From Rebecca billardiae RCC1528 (Eukaryota; Protista; Haptophyta): a stretch of 64,000 nucleotides of DNA. Positions 23,875-35,108 of this stretch are shown piece after piece (positions within the stretch are counted from its first letter, which is position 1; every line of letters begins with the position of its first letter). Under the pieces are notes generated by a model, which was not told where the DNA came from, ran no database searches, and saw only the letters and a list, made by a program, of their open reading frames with translations. Both the position numbers and the translations under genes were made by a program. The stretch covers positions 620,001-684,000 of the forward strand of contig OZ251252.1 of the NCBI GenBank assembly GCA_965240325.2, written 5' to 3'.

Positions 23875-26199
23875 TCAGGCTGGCCGATGCGACTCAGACA
23901 CGAGGAACGCATGGCAGGCTGCAAGCGTCTTGAGAAATGCGTTCAGCATGCGGCCACTGCTTGATGCCTGCTGCTGGTGGCGAATGTCGCTGAAGAAGCG
24001 AAGAGCAGCATCGGCGCGTTGTGAACTGCTTGGGACATGCCCGCCACCTGCGCCCTGCGAAGGCGAGGTCCGCGCTGCCACGCAGCCAGGCAACCGCCCG
24101 CTTGCCGCCAGCTGCGCGTCTGCCCCAGCCGTCGCGGCGGGGAGGATCGCGCCCTCCAGCACGCGTTCGACCAGCAGGGCCAGTGCGCTGAGCGGCGCGC
24201 TCCCGCCGCCATCGATCACCAGCATCTCAGCGCGAGTGTGCCCGAGCAGGCTGGCCGCTGCCTCGGCGCTCTCGGCACCGAGCAGCGCCTGCAGCGACAC
24301 GCGGGCCACGCCGCCACCACGCGTGCGGTTCGCCGCTTGCTCAATGTCCGCCAGGTCGTGCTCGTGCAGCAGTGGCGACGAGCACGCGCCTCGACCGATC
24401 CAGGCGTAGCGGCAGGGCTCCGTTCCGTGCAGCGGCACTGGCGACACCACGTACAACAATGCTCTCGATGACGTGCGTAGAGGCGTGGTCTCTGGCTGCC
24501 GCATGCACGGCAGTCGTGGCAGCACCGGCTCCCGCTGCAGGCAGAGCGCGAGCTCCAGCAGCGGGAGGATCACCTCGCGCTCCGCAACGTCAGCAGAAGC
24601 TGCGTTCGCCTTGAGTCGAGGATCGTCAGCGATGAAGCCACGCACACTGAGCGTGGGCACCCCGCCCGCCCTGATGCGGGCGTCGACTGCATCGACGCCA
24701 ATGCGGCGAGCCCACAGACGCCCGCTGGTGTCGGCCGAGCGAAGCACAATGCGCCGTACTTGCTTGGACAACCCTGCAAGATGGACCACTGCTGATGGCA
24801 CGGCGGACGGCGCCCTGGCGGGTACGCCCACCGCCTGCGTGCGTGCGTGCGTCGAGGCAGGAGCAGTGTCTCCTGCTGCCAGTGTGTCGCCAGTCAAAAG
24901 TTCGGTGCGCTGCCCGGAGAACAGCAAGCCTGCGCAAGAGCGGAGCAGCCTCTGGAACGGCGTCACGTGGGCGAAGATGGTTGGTGGGGAGATGAGAAGC
25001 CTTGATGACACGTTGGCGTCAGCGTCAGCCAGCACACCTGCTGCTGCACCATCCAGGCTCATGTTGGCTGTACCCTCGTTGCTGAATGGGTGCATGGGCA
25101 TCTCGTAGCCGCGATCGTGCTCGGCGACTAAGGTGCTGGGGCAGTAGGCGATGGCGCTGGACCCAGCCGCCAGCCAGGCAGTCTCATTCGTACCGCCGTT
25201 CACCGCGGAAGGAACGAGTTCGACGTGTGAGGCTCTCCTGACCGCCTTGAACACAGCGGATGTGGCACTCCTCAGCATGGTCTGCTTTCTGCCCGTCCTG
25301 GAGCTGGGGTGCGCGCGCATCCACTCGCGAGGACTTGAGGACACGGCTAGCTTGACGATACTGTACACCCACACGCGCCTGCCGAGCGCGGCAGACGAGA
25401 CCGCGTCGTTCAGCTGGTTCTGCTCATCCATCCAACCTGCCTTCTCGCTGACGGCGCTGAGCCACGGCACGATGGCGCGCACAGAGAGGGTGAGCTCAGG
25501 GTTCGGCCGAGAGAAGGTGTCGAGCGCGCGCACGTACTCGCGCAGCATCCTCTCGGCGCCGCTCCCGCGCGGCGCGAGCCGCCCATCCACGTAGACCAGC
25601 CCTCCGTTGGCCCAGGGCTCGTCCTTCTGCACCACGACCGCGTACTTGCTCAGCGGGGCCGCGCGGAGCAGCGGGAACGGGTTCGTCAGCCAGACCGTGT
25701 CAGTGTCCGCCTGTAGCACCGACAGGCCGCCCTCCACGGCGAGCCGGTACACCAGGCGCTTGCGCTGCACGAACAAGCGCTGGTGCTCGGCTATTTTGGC
25801 GTGCCAGCGGCCACGCGGCGCCCACGACGACCACGCGCAGCTCATACCGAGCGCGAGCACGCCATGGCTGCAAACGGGCGCCTCCGTGGCGTGGAGAAGG
25901 ATGCCATTCGAGTAGTCAACTGCTCGCAGCTGCAGCGCCGTCCACGAGGCTGCCGGGAGCCCGCGCTCGTTCGAGCTCACCAGCACGAGCTCGCCGGCGG
26001 AGGTGGCCGCCCAGGCAATGAGCGCATCCCATGTCGACCTCTCTTCGAGATCACCCGGCTCGGGAAGCGCGTGCGCGACGCTGCGAGCCGGGGTTGAGAC
26101 GCCCGCCAGCGCAAGCATGCCGACCAGCCATTGGGCCTTTGCCGACCACGATCGCCAGCTGACGACACGGGATCTCGCGCCCACGGGGCCCGCCATCAT
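23875..26199 (-). CDS. Nucleotide-diphospho-sugar transferase (GT77-like) glycosyltransferase
   Basis: N-terminal hydrophobic anchor, VLQADTDTVWLTNPFP (DxD), NGGLVYV, DEQNQLN and C-terminal LALCLQREPVLPRLPC. Confidence 0.75.
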   Translation of the reverse strand: MMAGPVGARSRVVSWRSWSAKAQWLVGMLALAGVSTPARSVAHALPEPGDLEERSTWDALIAWAATSAGELVLVSSNERGLPAASWTALQLRAVDYSNGILLHATEAPVCSHGVLALGMSCAWSSWAPRGRWHAKIAEHQRLFVQRKRLVYRLAVEGGLSVLQADTDTVWLTNPFPLLRAAPLSKYAVVVQKDEPWANGGLVYVDGRLAPRGSGAERMLREYVRALDTFSRPNPELTLSVRAIVPWLSAVSEKAGWMDEQNQLNDAVSSAALGRRVWVYSIVKLAVSSSPREWMRAHPSSRTGRKQTMLRSATSAVFKAVRRASHVELVPSAVNGGTNETAWLAAGSSAIAYCPSTLVAEHDRGYEMPMHPFSNEGTANMSLDGAAAGVLADADANVSSRLLISPPTIFAHVTPFQRLLRSCAGLLFSGQRTELLTGDTLAAGDTAPASTHARTQAVGVPARAPSAVPSAVVHLAGLSKQVRRIVLRSADTSGRLWARRIGVDAVDARIRAGGVPTLSVRGFIADDPRLKANAASADVAEREVILPLLELALCLQREPVLPRLPCMRQPETTPLRTSSRALLYVVSPVPLHGTEPCRYAWIGRGACSSPLLHEHDLADIEQAANRTRGGGVARVSLQALLGAESAEAAASLLGHTRAEMLVIDGGGSAPLSALALLVERVLEGAILPAATAGADAQLAASGRLPGCVAARTSPSQGAGGGHVPSSSQRADAALRFFSDIRHQQQASSSGRMLNAFLKTLAACHAFLVSESHRPA

Positions 26200-26646
26200 C
26201 CCGCGGCCAACGGGCTCGCGAGCGTGTCCGGTGGACCAGTGGACTGTGCGAAAATAACGATGAAATCCGTAAATCTGACGAGCTAGATGTCGGGCCGCGC
26301 CCGGCCAGCACGCAACTGCTAGTCGATCCCGCCGCCGCGGGCCCCGTCCGTGTACTCACGCCTTATTAACCAAGTGTGCACGTTAAAACATAGTAAACTG
26401 TACGCCCGTCGTCGCCACCTCGCCGCGTAGCTATAGTTCTGTACATAAGCGGCGTATATTACTGCTATGATGTTGCGGCCATAGCCGGATCCGAGCAGTC
26501 GTGAGTCACTGTACAAATCTGACTAGACTCGACGATGTCCGGATCCGGCGACCGCGCCGACCGCCGGCCGGCCCGCCAGCCTCCGGCCAGCCGTGGCCAG
26601 CGTCGGCCAGCACAGCAGCCCGCGCACGGCGGGCCCACGCCCACGG

Positions 26647-28053
26647 TCAGCGCGGCGAGTACCCGTGGCGCGCCACGAGCTGCGCGTACATGGGCGAGAA
26701 GAAGACGGCATCATAAAAGGCGGGCGAGTAGCACAGGTGGAGGCAGTCGCAGCACTTGCGGATCGGCCGCGCGGCGAGCCGGCGGCGCTCGGCGGCCGGG
26801 CGCGCCCACGGCGCGCGCGCGCCGCCCTCCGCGCCGCCGCCCTCCGCCACGCCGTTCACCCGCTTCAGCCGGAACGCGCACATATTCCCCTTGTGCATGT
26901 CGTGCCTTTTGAGTGTCGCGTTGTAGAACGGGAGCACGTGCACGCGCGGGTGGCGGCGGGCGATCTCGAGGAGCTGCGCGGTGGCGCGCCAGTTCTTGTT
27001 CTTGAACGCCCACGCGTTCCGCGCGGGCACGCACTCGCACTTGGGCGGGCCCGCCTCCGCCTCCGAGAGGGCCGCTCTCTTCGGCTTCCGATATTCGCCG
27101 CCCACAAAGTGAAGCGCCGCACCCTCGCGCACGAACGCCGCCTTGCCGCGGTCGGCGGCGTGGCGCTCGAGCCAGCGGGAGAGCTCGGCGAAGAGGTACG
27201 TCATGTCGTTCGCCCAGTCCCGCTCCTGCACGTGCGCGCCGCCGTAGTGCTGTGGGTCGAACGCCGCGACCACCACGTCGGTTTCGTCCAGAAGCTTCTG
27301 GAAGCCCGTGCCGTTGGCATAGCAGCGGTCCTTAATCATGTGGTGCGCGCACACGGGCGAGCTGGCGCGCAGGTGGGTGAGGTTGCGCGCGAGGCACGCG
27401 CGCGCCGCCGCGCCGCGCGTGCACCCGCCCGACGCCTCGCGGTACTTGTTCGCCGAGTGCATGCGCCAGCGCCGCCGGACGTCCGAGAAGTTTCCGGGCG
27501 CGGACGCGAGCGCGCAGAGGGAGGCGTCGTGCAGCTGGCGCGCGGTCGAGGCGCCGATGATGAGGACGGTGCGCTTGGGGCCGAGCAGCCGCGCCACATC
27601 CTCCGCGCGCCGCGTCGTGCCGTCCCCCGGCCTGCGCGAGAGCGGCACGTGCGTGTCCACCGTCGGCCAGTCAGCATATCGCCGGCGGCGCTTGCAGACG
27701 GCGTAGTCGCGAGGCCCACCGCCGACGCCCTCCCACGAGAGCGCCCTGCGGCTCTTGGTGTGGAAGAAGGCCTCCGAGATGCACGGCGGGAACTCGTGCT
27801 CCGGGTCGCAGTTCACCCGCAGCCCGTTGAGCCGAGTGACCACCGCGTCCTCCACGACCGCATCCGGGTCGGCGTGGCAGCGCTCGCGCGCCGCGCGCAC
27901 ATCGGCGAGCGAGGGCAGGCCGACGATGGAGCGCTCGAGCTCGTCGGTGGCCTCGTCCGACGCGCTCCCCGCCCCCGCGCGCGCGCTGAAAACGCACGCC
28001 AGGAGCAGCCCGACCGCTGCTCGTGTCGTCTGGGCTGGCAACACGGCGGCCAT
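26647..28053 (-). CDS. TBL/PC-esterase (SGNH-like) polysaccharide O-acyltransferase-like protein
   Basis: Signal/anchor at the N-terminus, RTVLIIGASTARQ (GDS-like block) and C-terminal DCLHLC (DxxH). Confidence 0.75.
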   Translation of the reverse strand: MAAVLPAQTTRAAVGLLLACVFSARAGAGSASDEATDELERSIVGLPSLADVRAARERCHADPDAVVEDAVVTRLNGLRVNCDPEHEFPPCISEAFFHTKSRRALSWEGVGGGPRDYAVCKRRRRYADWPTVDTHVPLSRRPGDGTTRRAEDVARLLGPKRTVLIIGASTARQLHDASLCALASAPGNFSDVRRRWRMHSANKYREASGGCTRGAAARACLARNLTHLRASSPVCAHHMIKDRCYANGTGFQKLLDETDVVVAAFDPQHYGGAHVQERDWANDMTYLFAELSRWLERHAADRGKAAFVREGAALHFVGGEYRKPKRAALSEAEAGPPKCECVPARNAWAFKNKNWRATAQLLEIARRHPRVHVLPFYNATLKRHDMHKGNMCAFRLKRVNGVAEGGGAEGGARAPWARPAAERRRLAARPIRKCCDCLHLCYSPAFYDAVFFSPMYAQLVARHGYSPR

Positions 28054-28197
28054 CCCCGACTCGAGCCTCGAATTCAAAAGCCGCGGATTTCTCGCTGCTC
28101 CACTTTCCATCATTTTTTTCCCGCGCGCTCTCCGTCTTCCATCGTATGGTATCGCGCGCGCGGGCTTCACAGCGGGCGGCATGCGCACGTTGCGTTG

Positions 28198-30955
28198 ATG
28201 CTCACGCCGCGCCTACCGAGCCTGCGCGTGGTCCGGATGATGATTGTGGCGGTGTGGGCCGCGGTGGCGGGCTACCTGACCTTCTCCTCGCGCTCGCTCT
28301 ACATCGTCGAGAGCACCATCCACATGGCCGGCACGGCAGGGCAGTTGCGCGGCCGGAGCTCGCGGCCGCCCGGCCGCGCGTCGTCCGAGCGCGGCGGCGC
28401 GGACGAGCTGCAGGTGGATGGGTACACGGCGCCGGCGACGCCGTCGGCGATGCACGCGCTGCAGCACGAGCTCACCACCGCGCGCGAGGAGGCGCTCGCG
28501 CGCGAGCGCGCGCACATCGACTTCCTCAAACAGATCCGTCACGCGGCCGCGACAAACCTGTTCCGCGACGAGCTCGTGCCCGTGTCGATCGCGTCCAAGC
28601 TGGCGAACGACCTGGTCTCGAGCGACCTGACGCGCGTGCACGCGGCGCTGGACAAGCTGCAGAAGCAGTCCAACCGCGCGAAGGCCACCGAGCTGCGCAT
28701 GTCGACCGCGAGCGAGCTCGAGTCGCTGCACCGGCACGGCCACGGGCGGCACAGCCGAGGCTCCGCGAGCGCGGCGCGCGTGCAGCCGCGCATGCTGGGC
28801 AAGGACGTGGTGCTCGCGCTGGCGCACGACTTCTTCAGCCCCTGGCCCGTGCACAACGACACGGCCGACGGCATCGCCGGCCCGTCCGAGGGCGACCCGG
28901 CCGCGGCGGTCGCGCGCGCCGACGGCAAGGCGCCGCAGGGCGGGCGCTGGTGGTCGCGCGTGCGCGGAATCGGGCGGCGGTGGGCGGACCTGTACACGCT
29001 GTTCGCGCAGGGCGCGTTCGACTTCGCCACGTGGGTCCAGCTCGCCTCCGAGCGCGTCGACGACGAGCTCGACACCTCCGCCGAGGTCCTCGAGGTCCAC
29101 TGCGGCGTCAATCAGTCGCTGGACGGACTTTACGCGCACCTCATAGACGAGGTAGGAAACCGTTACGTGCTCGTCTCGCAGAAGGAGGCGACGGTGACGC
29201 AGGACATCACGCTGATCACCGACGTGGCGCTCACGCTCGTGCTCGCCGCCGTGGCCTCGCTCGTCGCCTCCGCGTGCAACCTGCCCGTCATCCTCGGCTA
29301 CTTACTCGCGGGCGCACTGGTCGGACCAGGAGGGCTTGGGCTGATCCACGAGTTCATTCAGATGGAGTCGATCGCGCAGTTCGGCGTGGCGTTCCTGCTG
29401 TTCCACCTGGGCGCGGAGTTCGACCTGTCGGCGGTGCGCGCGGTGCAGGCCGTCGCCGTGCTCGGCGGCCTCGTGCAGGAGCTCCTCATCGTCGCGTTCG
29501 CCGTGCTGCTCGCGCTCGCGTTTGGGCGGCGCGCGTCCGCGGGCGTGTTCCTCGGATGTTTCCTGGCAATGTCCTCGACCGCCATCGTGCTGCGCTCGCT
29601 CGAGGACGCGCAGGCGAAGGAGCGCACGCACGGGCAGATCATGCTCGGCATCCTCGTGATGCAGGACCTCTCGCTCGGCTTCATCCTCGGCGTGCTCCCC
29701 GTGCTGCAGTCGCCCGCCGCCGCGCTCGGCAACGCGCTGCTGCACACCGTTCTCGTGCTCGCGATTTTCACGATGGTGTCGCTCGCGCTGCACACGCTCG
29801 CGATGCCCGCGGTGCTCTCGGCGATCTCGAGCCAGCCGCACGTGGAGGTGCGCGTGCTCGGGTACGTCGCGATCTGCCTCGTCTTCGCCGCCATCTCCGA
29901 GGCCCTCGGCGTCTCGATCGAGATGGGCTCGTTCATCGCAGGGCTCACCATCTCGGCGCGCGCCGACCGCACATACGCGCGGCAAGCGCTCGCGCTCGTC
30001 GAGCCCATCCGCGACGTGTTCTGCGCGATCTTCTTCACGGCGATCGGCATGCTCGTGCAGCCGGCGTTCCTCGTGCTCCACCTGCCGCGCATCGGCGCGC
30101 TCACGCTCTGCGTGCTCGCGCTCAAGTTCTTCGTCATCGCGCCGTCCGTGCTCCTCTTCGGCTACCCTCTCCCCGTGGCCCTCTTCTGTGGGCTCGGCCT
30201 GTCGCACGTCGGCGAGTTCTCGTTCGTGCTCGCGGCGAAGGGCAAGTCGTACGGGCTGGTCTCGTCCGAGGTGCGGCTGCGGCGCGCGCGTGGCCGCCCG
30301 TGCGCGTCGCGCGGCCCGCGCGCGAGCGTCGCCGCCCCGCCGTGCGCGCCCGCCGCCCCGCTGGCTGACGCGCTGCCACGCGTGCGCGCGCGCGCGCCCA
30401 CCGACACACGCCGGCTCGGCCCGGCTCCGCCCGCGCGCACAGGAGCACATGCTGCTGCTCGGCACGACGGCGATCTCGCTGCTCACCACGCCGCTGCTCA
30501 TCGGCTACTCGCACCGCACGCTGCACAAGATCCTGCCGCAGCCCGCGCAGTCGTGGCGGCTGCCAGTGCACCGGTGGCGCTTCATCCGGCTGCCGGGCCG
30601 CGCGCAGCACCACGCGCACGAGCTGGGCGCGGCGAGAGGGGTCACGGAGTGCACGCCGCTGCGCACCGACCGGCCGGGCGGCTCGCCCGGCCCCACGCCG
30701 TGGGCGGGGACGCTCTCGGTCAGCGCCGACGACCCGCTGCAGGAGGGGCCGTGGGGAGACAGCTCGCGAGGCCGCGCCGTCTCCGTGACCGGGAGGCGAC
30801 TCTCGCGAAGTTCGGAGCCGCTCGCGATGTCGCCGTCGCAGTACGAGCTGGAGCTGGAGCTCGAGCAGAGCCCTGTCACGGCCGCTGCGTCGGAGCAGCG
30901 CGGGGCCGCGTCGCACTCGCACCAGCGTCACGGCGGCCACGCCGCGGCGAGGTAG
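28198..30955 (+). CDS. K+ efflux antiporter (CPA2; KEA4-6/TMCO3-like); exons 28198-30270, 30443-30955
   Basis: LPVILGYLLAGALVGPGGL, AQFGVAFLLFHLGAEF, MSSTAIV, GILVMQDL, EPIRDVF..IFF..IGML and SHVGEFSFVL. One GT-AG intron. Confidence 0.92.
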
Positions 30956-31078
30956 CTCGCGGCCCGTCCGCCGCGGGGACCGTGCTAACCCGGGCCACCG
31001 GCTGCGCAGCCAGCGATAGTGGCATCACCACTATACCGCGGCTCGCGGACCAGTTCCATCAGTCGTAAGTCACTGCTA

Positions 31079-31084
<6 letters not shown>

Positions 31085-31110
<26 letters not shown>
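31085..31110. repeat. (TA)n microsatellite
   Basis: Seen directly. Confidence 0.95.
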
Positions 31111-31113
<3 letters not shown>

Positions 31114-31805
31114 GCGTTATATTTATAACGGAGTTATAACCCGGAGTAGTGTGTCGGGAGGCTGGAAAGGCAACGCGCAGCTGGTGGACAAGGGCCGCCA
31201 TCCGGTCTTCTAGGTTCTGATGCATGCAGGTAGTTGCAGTCGATTTCCGGAGCTCATCGGCCACGGAGCTATCCTTTATATCATCATATCGATCATCATG
31301 GCGGGCGCTGGTCCTTTCACATCGGCCAACCACACTGGCTCCTCTGTAAGTACCCGCTCCTCTCCACTATCCGGCGCTCGAGATCATATACAAGGTCATC
31401 TTAAGTCGGCGTGGCAACTTACGACAATAAAGATTAAAGTTCAGCATCATATCAAGCAGCCCACCTAGCAGAGCTCGCTCGATCATCCGGGTTACGGCGC
31501 GACCTTTCGGGCAGAGCTGCTCATCTCTCGGCAGCCCCTGCTTCGGCCTGCGCATCTGCAAAGCCCGAGGTCCCGCCATCTCCTCGATCTGCGTTCTTTG
31601 CTTGTTATTATTAGTATAAGTGATCATCAGAGTCGTCCGACTCCGAGTGCGGACCAGTGACGACCGGAGAGCAGTGACGGCACTACTGACGGCCCGGAAG
31701 ACGAGACGAGCGAGACGAAGAGAGAGAGTAGATACGACGGTTGGTGTGACGAACTGATGGCGGCGCATCCGCCATCGCCCCGCCATCGGGGCGCGCGGTT
31801 CGACA

Positions 31806-34403
31806 TTATTGCTCCGACTGCTGAGGCGGTTGCTGCGTCGCGGCCGCTGCTGCGCGCTCGGCCGCGCGCCGCTGCAGCCGCCGTATGGCGGCCGGTCGCA
31901 GCCGCCCGTCTTTGTAGAAGCGCTTGCGCTCGCCCGCCGAGCGCCACGGCTTCGAGGGCTCGCGCCAGCGGGGCGTCCCGCCCAGCTGCGGCAGGGCGCC
32001 CTCCGCCGTCGGCGCGGCGCCGCCGGTATTTGCGCCGCGCGCTGCATGGGCAGCCCCTGTCGCCGCCGGCTCGGCGTCGGCGTCATCGGCGCTGTCGTGC
32101 GAGCGGGGCGCGGCGCGCGACGCCGCGCCGCGCGCCGCGCCGAGCAGCCGGCCGGGCGTGAGCGGCCGAGGCGCGCAGCCAACGCTCAGCCCGGAGTCCT
32201 CCGGCCATCGGCGGGTGCGCCCGGGCTCAGCCCAGGCCGCAGCCGCCGGGCCGCGCGACGCGTCCGCGCCAGCGGCTGGCGCGGACGCGCCGTCAGCCGC
32301 GCGCCGCGCGCCGCCGTCGGCCGGCGCGCTCTTGGCCGCGGCGCGGATCACCGCCAGCAGCTCCTCCAGCCGGAGCTGCGGCCCGGCGCCCGGCGCGCTG
32401 CCCGCGGCACCGGGCTCGTTCCCCAGCAGCGCGCGCACGTCCGCGTGGTGGACGTGCACGACTCGCCAGCCGAGCGCGCGCAGCGCCCATGCCTTCCAGC
32501 GCGTTGGGCCGGTCTGGCGCCGGTCGCCATGCGTTTTCGGATCGGTGAGGTGGTGGTACGGCCCGTCGAACTCGAGCGCGACGCGGCTGGCGCCGCACGC
32601 CATGTCCACGGTGAGCAGCCCAGCGCCCAGCGGCCCCGCCTCCACCGCCACCTCCTCCCCGTGCTCCCAGCCCGCGGCGCGAAGTTTCCTGGAAAGTGCG
32701 CGCTGCATCCGCGAGCTCACTGGCCAAGCAGACGCCGGCGGGCGAGCGCCGCGCGCCGCGCGCAGCGCCTCACACAGCGGCGCCGGCGCGCGCGGCGCTG
32801 CGTGCTCGCCCAGCAGGCGCATGCTCAGCTCCGCCTGACTCAGCCGATGCACGTCCGCGGCCGACCAGCGCGCCGGCTCCACCGCCGCCGCTTGGCGCCA
32901 CAGCGCGCGCATCGCGGCCTCTCGCGCGCGCGCCGACGCCTCGCGCGCCGAGTCTGAACCACCCACGCCTACTAACGAGGAATCAGACGTGGGCGGAGCG
33001 CCCACGTCTGATTCAGGCTCGGTCGCCTCGAGGGCGGCGTGGACGGCGAGCGCGCGCGCGAGCAGGGAGATGTGTGCGGGCCCCAGCTCGTCGTCGAGCG
33101 CCGCCACACGCGCCGCCAGCGCGCCGCTCAGCGCGGGCTGCGCGTGAGCGGCGTACGCGCTGGCCCAGATCAGAGTCGACAGCGACTGCGTGTCCGCAGC
33201 CGGCGCGAGCGGCAGCGCGCGCCGGCCAATCGCGTCGTAGAGATCCGCGTCGTAATAGCCGGCGACACAGAAGGAGCTGGCGAGCGTCGCGATCGAGCGC
33301 AGCTCGAGGGAGCCCTCTGCACGCACCGCCGAGCCCGCGAGGGCCGCGTACACCGCTGCGTGCGCGCGCGTTGCGCGGTAGCGCGGCGGCGGCGCGGCGC
33401 GGCCGTCCGCGCCGCCGCCGCCGTCCCCGCGGCCCGCCGGCCGCTGCGCGCCGACGTGCGCGTAGCCGTGGGCCACCTGCGCCAGCTCGCCGCCGTGCAT
33501 ACTCGGCGCGAGCGCGACGACACGCGGCGCGAGGTGGTCGTACAGCGCCGACGGCGGCGCGCGCGCTTTGGCGAAGGCCCACACCACCGCCGCGAGGTCG
33601 GATCTCCCGAGCTCCGCGCCGAGATCGGATCTCGCGCCGGGCACGCCGCGATCGGCGCGCCCGGACGCCGCGCCGAGATCGGATCTGCCGAGCTCGCGCG
33701 AGCCGTGCGCGGACTGCAGCGCGCGCGCGACGGCGCGGAAGAGCACCGTGGCGTGCTCGCCGCCGGCGCACCCCGCGCTCGCATACGCCCGGACCAGCTG
33801 GGCGAGTCCTGCCGGGCGCACGTCCGCGAGCCGAGCGCTCGCACGCGCCGCGAGCGTCTCAAAGAGCGCCGGGAAGTTTCCAGGAAACGTCCGCGCGTCG
33901 AGCCGAGCGAGCGCGGTGGCGAGCTGCACGCAGGACGGGCCATCGAGGCGGCACGCGCCGGCCAGCACGGCGCTCGCCACCGCGCGGAGCAGCGGCGCCG
34001 GCGCGTGCCGCGCCGTCGCGACACCGGTCACGAGGTGAGCCAACTCGGCCGGCGACAGCTCCGCCACAGCGGGCGTCGCCGCGCGCGCGAGCGGGGCGTA
34101 GGCCGCGGCGCCGCGCACGCCGAGCAGCGCCAGGCTCCGCGTGACGTGCGCGAGCTCGGCCGGCGTGAACCCGCGCCCGGCCGCGCCCATCCCCGCGCCG
34201 TGCGCCCCGCGCTCCGCGAGCGCGGCCGCGCGCCGCACCAACCGAGCGAGCTCGTCAGGCCCTGGGCGCACGCCCGCGCGAGCGAGCGCGCGGGTGATGC
34301 TGGCGAGCTCGAAGGCGGTGAGCTGGTCGGCTCGGCGCGCGCCGGTGCGCGCGAGGGCGAGGAGCGCCGAGTGGACCACCCCGCTGCGTGCGTCCGAAGC
34401 CTT

Positions 34404-34438
<35 letters not shown>

Positions 34439-34835
34439 TGGCGCTGGCGAGCGCGCGGCACGCATCGGCAACCTGCGCTGGCGACCACGCGTCGCAGCCC
34501 TCAGCCGCCACCCTGCCGAGCGTCTCGACCGCGCCCACGTGGCGGAGCGGGCCGTTCTTGGCGAGCATGACGGCTGCACGCGCAGGCTTCACCGCTGGAC
34601 GCGAGCGGGCAGGCGCCGCACGCTCCGCCGCCGCCGCGGCACGCGAGACCTCACCGCGCGCAGCAGCGCCTGCACGCACGCGCGAGCGCAGCTGCGCGGC
34701 GTCGGCGAGAGGCGCCGCTGGGACGAGGCCCGCACGGATGCGCGCGTGGATGCGTGCGCCGCCCGCGTGCTGCACGCATCTGCGCAGAGCAGCCGGCTGA
34801 AGCAGCGCCCTCCGCGCGGCGCCCACCGCCGCCAT
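31806..34835 (-). CDS. RAP-domain helical-repeat (OPR/FASTK-like) organellar RNA-binding protein
   Basis: Repeated helical units (FTPAELAHVTRSLALLG, DTQSLSTLIWASAYA) and a RAP domain VDMAC..RVALEFDGPYHH...TRWKAWALRALGWRVVHV. Arg/Ala-rich transit-like N-terminus. Confidence 0.85.
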
Positions 34836-35108
34836 CACACGCCATACAAGAGAAGCCACGCGACAAATGCGCCGGCTGTCCGCGCTTGCGGGCTGGTCAT
34901 TGTCGAGCTTGTGACTGACTGAGCCGGATGACAGATGCAGCTCTTGGTGATCGAAAAGACAGTCAGCATATCCGAAGACTATCATAGTGAAGCAGAACTG
35001 TCGAGTGCCTTCTGAGGACCAGGGCGTCTTTCTCGCACGTCGCGACCTTGAGGGTGGCGGCCACACTCTCGCGCGCATCTCCCCAAGGCCGTGGGGCGGC
35101 CGCGGGAC

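Noticed and set aside
26593-28197. N-terminal 535 aa of the 1491-aa ORF as part of the antiporter
   Set aside because: It is antisense to the TBL-like gene. The plausible KEA start is at 28198 or slightly downstream.
33596-33695. Repeated GCCGAGATCGGATCT units (RSDLGA x3) in the RAP gene
   Set aside because: A small local in-frame duplication with no sign of a separate element.
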